Below, piece by piece: positions 58,483-64,000 of a DNA stretch of 64,000 nt. Under the pieces are notes generated by a model, which was not told where the DNA came from, made no database searches, and was given only the letters and a program-made list of their open reading frames with translations. This DNA comes from Phoronis australis (taxonomy: Eukaryota > Animalia > Phoronida), in contig NMRA01000021.1 in the NCBI GenBank assembly GCA_002633005.1, positions 341,058-405,057 on the forward strand, in the 5' to 3' direction. The position numbers and the translations under genes are program-made. Positions within the stretch are counted from its first letter, which is position 1; each line of letters starts with the position of its first letter.

Positions 58483-58850
58483 GGGGCCTAATCGTTACAC
58501 GAGATCAAACTCGAAAATTTAGTTTTCTCATTTTCTGCTCTACTTTATGCGAAGACAAGATAAGTGTCTATTACTCTGTGCTCAAGTACTTCACAGTTTA
58601 TTCAAATGAGATTCTAGTTCGCACTCGATAACCCCATTCAAGCTAAAAAGTTAAATAAGAAAACCCGAGTTATCGAGTGAAAACTGAGATTTCGAGTTCA
58701 GCCTTAATAATGGGATCATTAACAGATAAGATTAGTAAGGTATCTATGTAAGCCGTTATATACTCGAGCATACCTTGAGTTCGCACAAAATTAGAATAGC
58801 AATAAAAATCATATGATAGTTTCGAGTTCGATCTCGAGCAAAGGGATTAA
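58483..58850 (+). mobile_element. MITE family D, second copy
   Basis: GGGGCCTAATCG..AACTCGAAA, TAAGTGTCTAT..GTGCTC and GAGATTTCGAGTTCA are shared with 49516-49901; inverted right end TTCGAGTTCGATCTCGAG..GATTA. Confidence 0.65.
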
Positions 58851-60479
58851 GTACGGAGTCCTGAATGCATAATATGTCAGCAGCTATTTTAATACGTCAT
58901 TTGCGTGCGAACGTATTACAGCCAGGTTGACAAGGGGAAAATCATTCACTTTTCAAAGGAGTAATTTTCCGTTCTCTTTTCGAAAGCCCGGGAGACACGT
59001 GATGTGACCCTAATTAGTATGGCGCCATCTTAGATTTAAATATGGCCGCCACTATCAAGTAAAATACCAGCGGCAGGTAAAGAACATGTAACGTTTGGAA
59101 TTTTTTGACAGAGCTGTGTTGTAACTCGGACATCTGTGATATCACGACAGATGCCAGACGCCATATAGGAATCTAAGATTTGTGTGAATAGGCCCGGAGT
59201 CTTGTTAAGAGTAACAAATGTACGACTGAGGATTATGGCATGTGTTTCTCGATACGACTTACCGTTCTTGAGTTGTTTGATATTTACTCATGACTTAAGT
59301 GCGTCATTGGGACGGGCCTCATCCGGGCTTGTAACAAACATCTCGTGGTCATGTAAAAAACAGCAGGGATTCTAAATCTTTTCTATGATTATTTGCATAC
59401 AGAGGCTCATTGTAGTCTGATTTGCACGTGATTTGAAGTCAACTTGTTATTTTGTTGATATTGGATACAAGATGGCGCTGCGTCGGCCATTTTGTTTTAA
59501 AGCTTTGCTGTACGGAGCCTCAGCTCAGCAATCCTTTGACCTGAATTCAGGTACGTGTACGTTAAAAGTCAAAAGCTAGGCCTAAAGTATACACTCCTTT
59601 TTAACTACCGTTCTCGAGATTTACTGATAACTTAGTTCTGACACTGAGACGCGTCCAGGGTTTAGGACAGTCATGATACTGAGGGTACAAGAACAACCTG
59701 GTTCTGAACTTCCGAACTTGTATCGTTAGCACGATAAAGATCAATTTTTGCCCAGTTGACGTAAAATTTACACACAATATACAACCTTTTAATAATTTGT
59801 TGATGCTGAACACACAATGACGCTGTGTCGTCAACTTTTTCATCCGCTTTACCGATCCACATTACCATAGTCGGTCGATCCTATGACTCGTCTTTCTGAA
59901 CTTTGATGTATGGGTAGACCTCGTTAAGAGTTGCAAAAATGATGCATTTCTCACTGATCTTGAGTTATTCGAAATTTACAGACAAATTTACTGATCATTC
60001 CTCGTTCTCTTGTCGACTGACCTCTATTTTTTCCATGATGATTGTTATCATTGTCTTTGTCATTATAACGACAATCACCTTAACTTTCACAAATCGTGGC
60101 TTTCAGCTTATATTGTGCGAGACTTAATTAGTAAAGCCGCCGTCGTCCTCTTGATGACAGCGCCGTTGTTGACGACGAGCAACAGCATTGTCGGTGGCGA
60201 GGCCGGTTTTGACGTCGTCGCCGTCACGGTCGGTGTCAATTTTCGTTTTCGGGGTTATTGTTATCGTCGACGACGGGCGGACAATGGGAGTGGTGTTTTG
60301 GTTGGCGGCAACGTCACTTTTGCCATTGATGTCGTAGGCTTCAGAGGGTCATCACTGGTATCAACGGCCGGTTAGCGGGGTCACTAGCGTAGTCGTCGTG
60401 CGTGTCAAACACAACACAAGGATGATTTTGTCATAATCGCGTGTGAGAGGCACCAACCTATCCTAGAATCATTCACTGA

Positions 60480-61270
60480 AGTGTTTCATTGCCACTGTGG
60501 TTGTTGGGTTCTTGGCCAACTTCTGCAGAGGAATCATTCAATCCACCAAGGCTATCCTGCGACTTGGAGAATCTGGTGTTGTGTCCATTCTTGTTCTCTG
60601 GGGATCTTATCCTCCTGTGATGTGTCTAGTGTATTCAAGTTGTTGAGGAAGTGGATAGCCTTCGATTCGTCGAGGCATGGCAACATTGTACCACCTGGAG
60701 CAAAGGGAGCTTTTGGTCATAGTGAATTCATGGTTTCTAATGTCCTCTTATGTTGATGCCTCTGCCGGTCCAGGGCAAGACCATCAGCCTATTACACAAG
60801 TCCTTGGTCTCCTTTAGATCCACATTGTTGTCTCGGAGTTAGAGCTCTTATGTGATCATGGAACAATAATGTGTTCGAGAGGCTGACGAGTTCCAAACGA
60901 ATTTTCATCAGCTTGCTCAGATGCTCGCGAATGTGGCCTAAACACATCACATACACGTGGGTGACCTCGATATACATCACCATAGAAACTGAGAAGAGCT
61001 AAAAAACTGACATTCCCTTTGTACCCATCGGAGTTCCTGGATGCCGGCATCTGAACAAGTGCCATCAAGAAGGGGCATGAAGTTATCAACAAGATCAAAG
61101 CAGCCGCGGAAACCCATTTGCTGTAGATGGTAAACTGCACAACGATATTATTGTATCAACGATCTTGGATGCAGATGTCACTGGCCAAGAAGCTGTTCGT
61201 AGGCTACATTGCAGAGCGTCTCAATACTTGAACGACACTCTGACGTCCTCAAACAATACAGAAAGGGTAA
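60480..61270 (+). pseudogene. Decayed ORF remnant with SGNH/GDSL esterase-like motifs (possibly LINE ORF1 esterase)
   Basis: With frameshifts: LVI(G)DS-like MVSNV (about 60713-60745), QGKTI (about 60771), GT-NN-V (about 60860), and LLY....MSLAKKLFVGYIAERL (about 61150-61222). Multiple stops. Confidence 0.3.
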
Positions 61271-64000
61271 AGAACAATTTCTGGAAGCTCCAAAACCCCA
61301 CTAGATCTACGACCCAAGTCAAAAGTTAAACTAACCAAAGACGAACGAGTAATCCGAGGTCAACTCATAGACTTTCCTGCTCGCGGACTAAGTCTCCTCT
61401 CGAGGATGCTCGTCATTGGACGTATATTCTCCCTCCCAGACCACTTTTACCGTCTCGAGGGCATATTTTGCCCGCGGTCGGACCAACCCTGATCCCGCAC
61501 ATTATCCCTTGTTCCCGGTGTCACTTCCGTGCTCATGAACTCGTTGCTATTTCAGTTTTGCAATAAATTATTTGAATATAGTAAAGTCATCTAATATAGT
61601 TTTTTGCACTAGAAACCGTGAATGTCATCTTGTCACGATGAAATGATTTAAAAAATATCGATATCTTTATCAATACTTGTACACGGGATCACAGCCGACA
61701 TGTGTATTGTTGAGTGAGACGAAAGTTCACTGAACAGAGTGTTCATGGACATTGGATTTGTTTCTGCTTTCATTTTGACAGCTTAACGGCAATAGCTGTT
61801 TACAACGAATATTCGAAAATTGGCGGTCATGTGTTTTCAAGTAGACTTTTTACTGTTGATTGTGCGTAAATTTATATCAGGTCATTCGAAGTAGCCAGAG
61901 AGAATGGAACGGCAGCTGCGGTAATAGAAAGGTTTCCCGGGCGAGGAATGTGCGGGAACTGAATTCGTTCGTTCGCAGGCAAAGAAATATGTCCGAAAAG
62001 TGGTCGGTGAGGGGTGATATGTATCCGTGAGAATAACGTGGGCGAGAATTTTGTGCGGGAGGAGACCTAAACCGCTCGCAGACAGGGTGCCTGGGAGGTG
62101 CAAGGATGTCTGACCAGAAATGGTGCACTCTGCGGAAAGCGCTCATGCGCTAACGCAAAAAAGAGAAATGAAGATCGTACCTCAGCCAGTGTGAGTATCG
62201 CAATCGGCAGGCTATGGTAATTTTCAAACATTTCCACAAGAATGAGCAACAGCAGCGAATTTAATTAAACCCCTACGGAGCTCAGCGCCAGTGACCTGAA
62301 AATAGCGCTTGCAATCTATAAGTAAAAGCGGATGTTAAATTTCACGAACATCAATCGAGATTTAACAAATAAGGTTGTAAACAAATTATTTCCACTACGG
62401 ACGGAGCACGATTCGAATTAACAGTGTGCGGCTCTCTTAAAAGTGAATAGCGCGCTTGCGTACTTCTCCACCGCGTATTTTTGAGACGTTACAAATCAAG
62501 GGCACTCGAACACCGGAGACAAATTGAAAGTTGAACACGCAATACGAAAACATACAACGGCAATTTTTTAAATATTATTTTATTACAAAATCGGTATTCC
62601 GAGTCACAAGCCGGAACAAAACAGAAAAGTTAAACTCAGACAAACATCAGCCTTACTTCTAGTGTCAAAAACTTATTAGCCAGGTGACCTACACACTGTG
62701 AACACACCTAGAATAATTTACGATAACACTTTGCACACAAGGGAAACGCAGAATCAAGAGATTGATGACGAGAAATTAAATCAGGTAGAATTATGACCAC
62801 GTGATCTGCCGAGCTTAAATCACTCACAGCATCTCACTGAGGTGTAACAAGTTTTAGACGCCAATCATTAAAAAGAATGCAACACTGACATGTGGAATGG
62901 CCAATGATTTATAACTTAGACAAATTAAAATGCAATTTCAAGTGAAGGTCACCTACATACTTTAGACAGTGAAGTGCATAAACTATCTTATATCTTATTT
63001 ATTATAAGCTAATCGTTGGTCTTTATGATGGAAATCAATACCACAGGGAAACAATTATCCATTTAGATATTACATCTCTGTTCATAAAACCATCACTCAC
63101 GAGAGTCCAGTCAAATTGCAGTTAAGGTAAGCTACATTGAACAAGCTTTCAGACCTAAGAAATCAATTCAAACCCATGGATAACGAGAATTATATTGTAC
63201 ATGCTTCAAATTGAGGTAACTTGATACAACTTCGAGAGGATTGACAAGCCAAAATATTGCAGCAATGAACCCCGCCATGGTCACATTACAACAGGAACAC
63301 CAGACAAATTCACTCATCACATCTGAAAACTAGACTCATTTCCCTTGACTGAGCATAATCACACCAAAACACAGTCCACATTGAGACACATACTCGGTGC
63401 TCCAATGCAAGACTTACTCATAATTGTTCATCTCATTTCATCCTGCACATTCATACAGTCCCCTGTGATAGGTACATCTCTGGGTGATCCATGAATATGC
63501 TTTTGTAAAAAACAACAAAGCATTTTCTAGAATTTGTAATTTTGAATTAAGCAACAGTTGTCCCTAGGAAATGATTTCTACAGCCACAATAACCTGCAGC
63601 AGAACGAATTCACTTCATAAATTCACCAGACAGACTACTTAGAAGACAAAAATTCAAGTAGAACACAAATTTTTCTTTGGGGAATGCAACATGGCCACTC
63701 ATCAAAACGAAAGGGCCAATTCCATTACAGTGATGAAGGCTTAAAACAATACACAGCGACATGTGTAAAAACCTTCTAAGAGCCATACGGAGACTTTCCT
63801 TTTTTAACACACAGATAGCGTTCTTAATTTGACATGATTGCACTACGGGCAAGTGGAGACCATTGATTGCATTTGCTACTGATTTGCAGACTTAATTTAC
63901 GCTAATTTGAAGTTGGCAGGTTTTGACCTGGGAGCAGACCTTGGCTTTAGTGCTTTGTGTTTAAACTTGACAGAACTTAACACTAAAGGATGAACATAAA

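Noticed and set aside
63610-63852. 80-aa ORF near the right edge
   Set aside because: No recognisable homology; cannot be assigned to a gene from this window.

Overview
AT-rich, intron-containing eukaryotic DNA, most likely from an invertebrate bilaterian (lophotrochozoan-like repeats; species cannot be determined). It holds three protein-coding genes. (1) RPAP1 on the minus strand has 24 reconstructable coding exons from 19773 to 2030, and its 3' end lies outside the window; two of its introns appear to use GC donors. (2) DRC5/TCTE1 on the plus strand has 3 coding exons from 22077 to 27621 (484 aa) and sits head-to-head with RPAP1. (3) A TMEM151-family gene on the minus strand has a large exon at 33150-31348 and a probable 10-codon first coding exon at 45541-45512; it lies tail-to-tail with DRC5/TCTE1, the same arrangement I recall for human TMEM151B-TCTE1. 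The rest is intronic/intergenic and full of non-autonomous transposons and decayed fragments: a Helentron-like element carrying an array of CTCF-like motifs, palindromic MITEs, TTAA-flanked Kolobok-like MITEs, a family with 5-bp target duplications, and Academ-, RTE- and SGNH-like remnants. There are also micro/minisatellites and a likely assembly duplication at an N. I see no convincing new biological system; the best leads are regulatory and evolutionary. All calls were made by eye without database searches.
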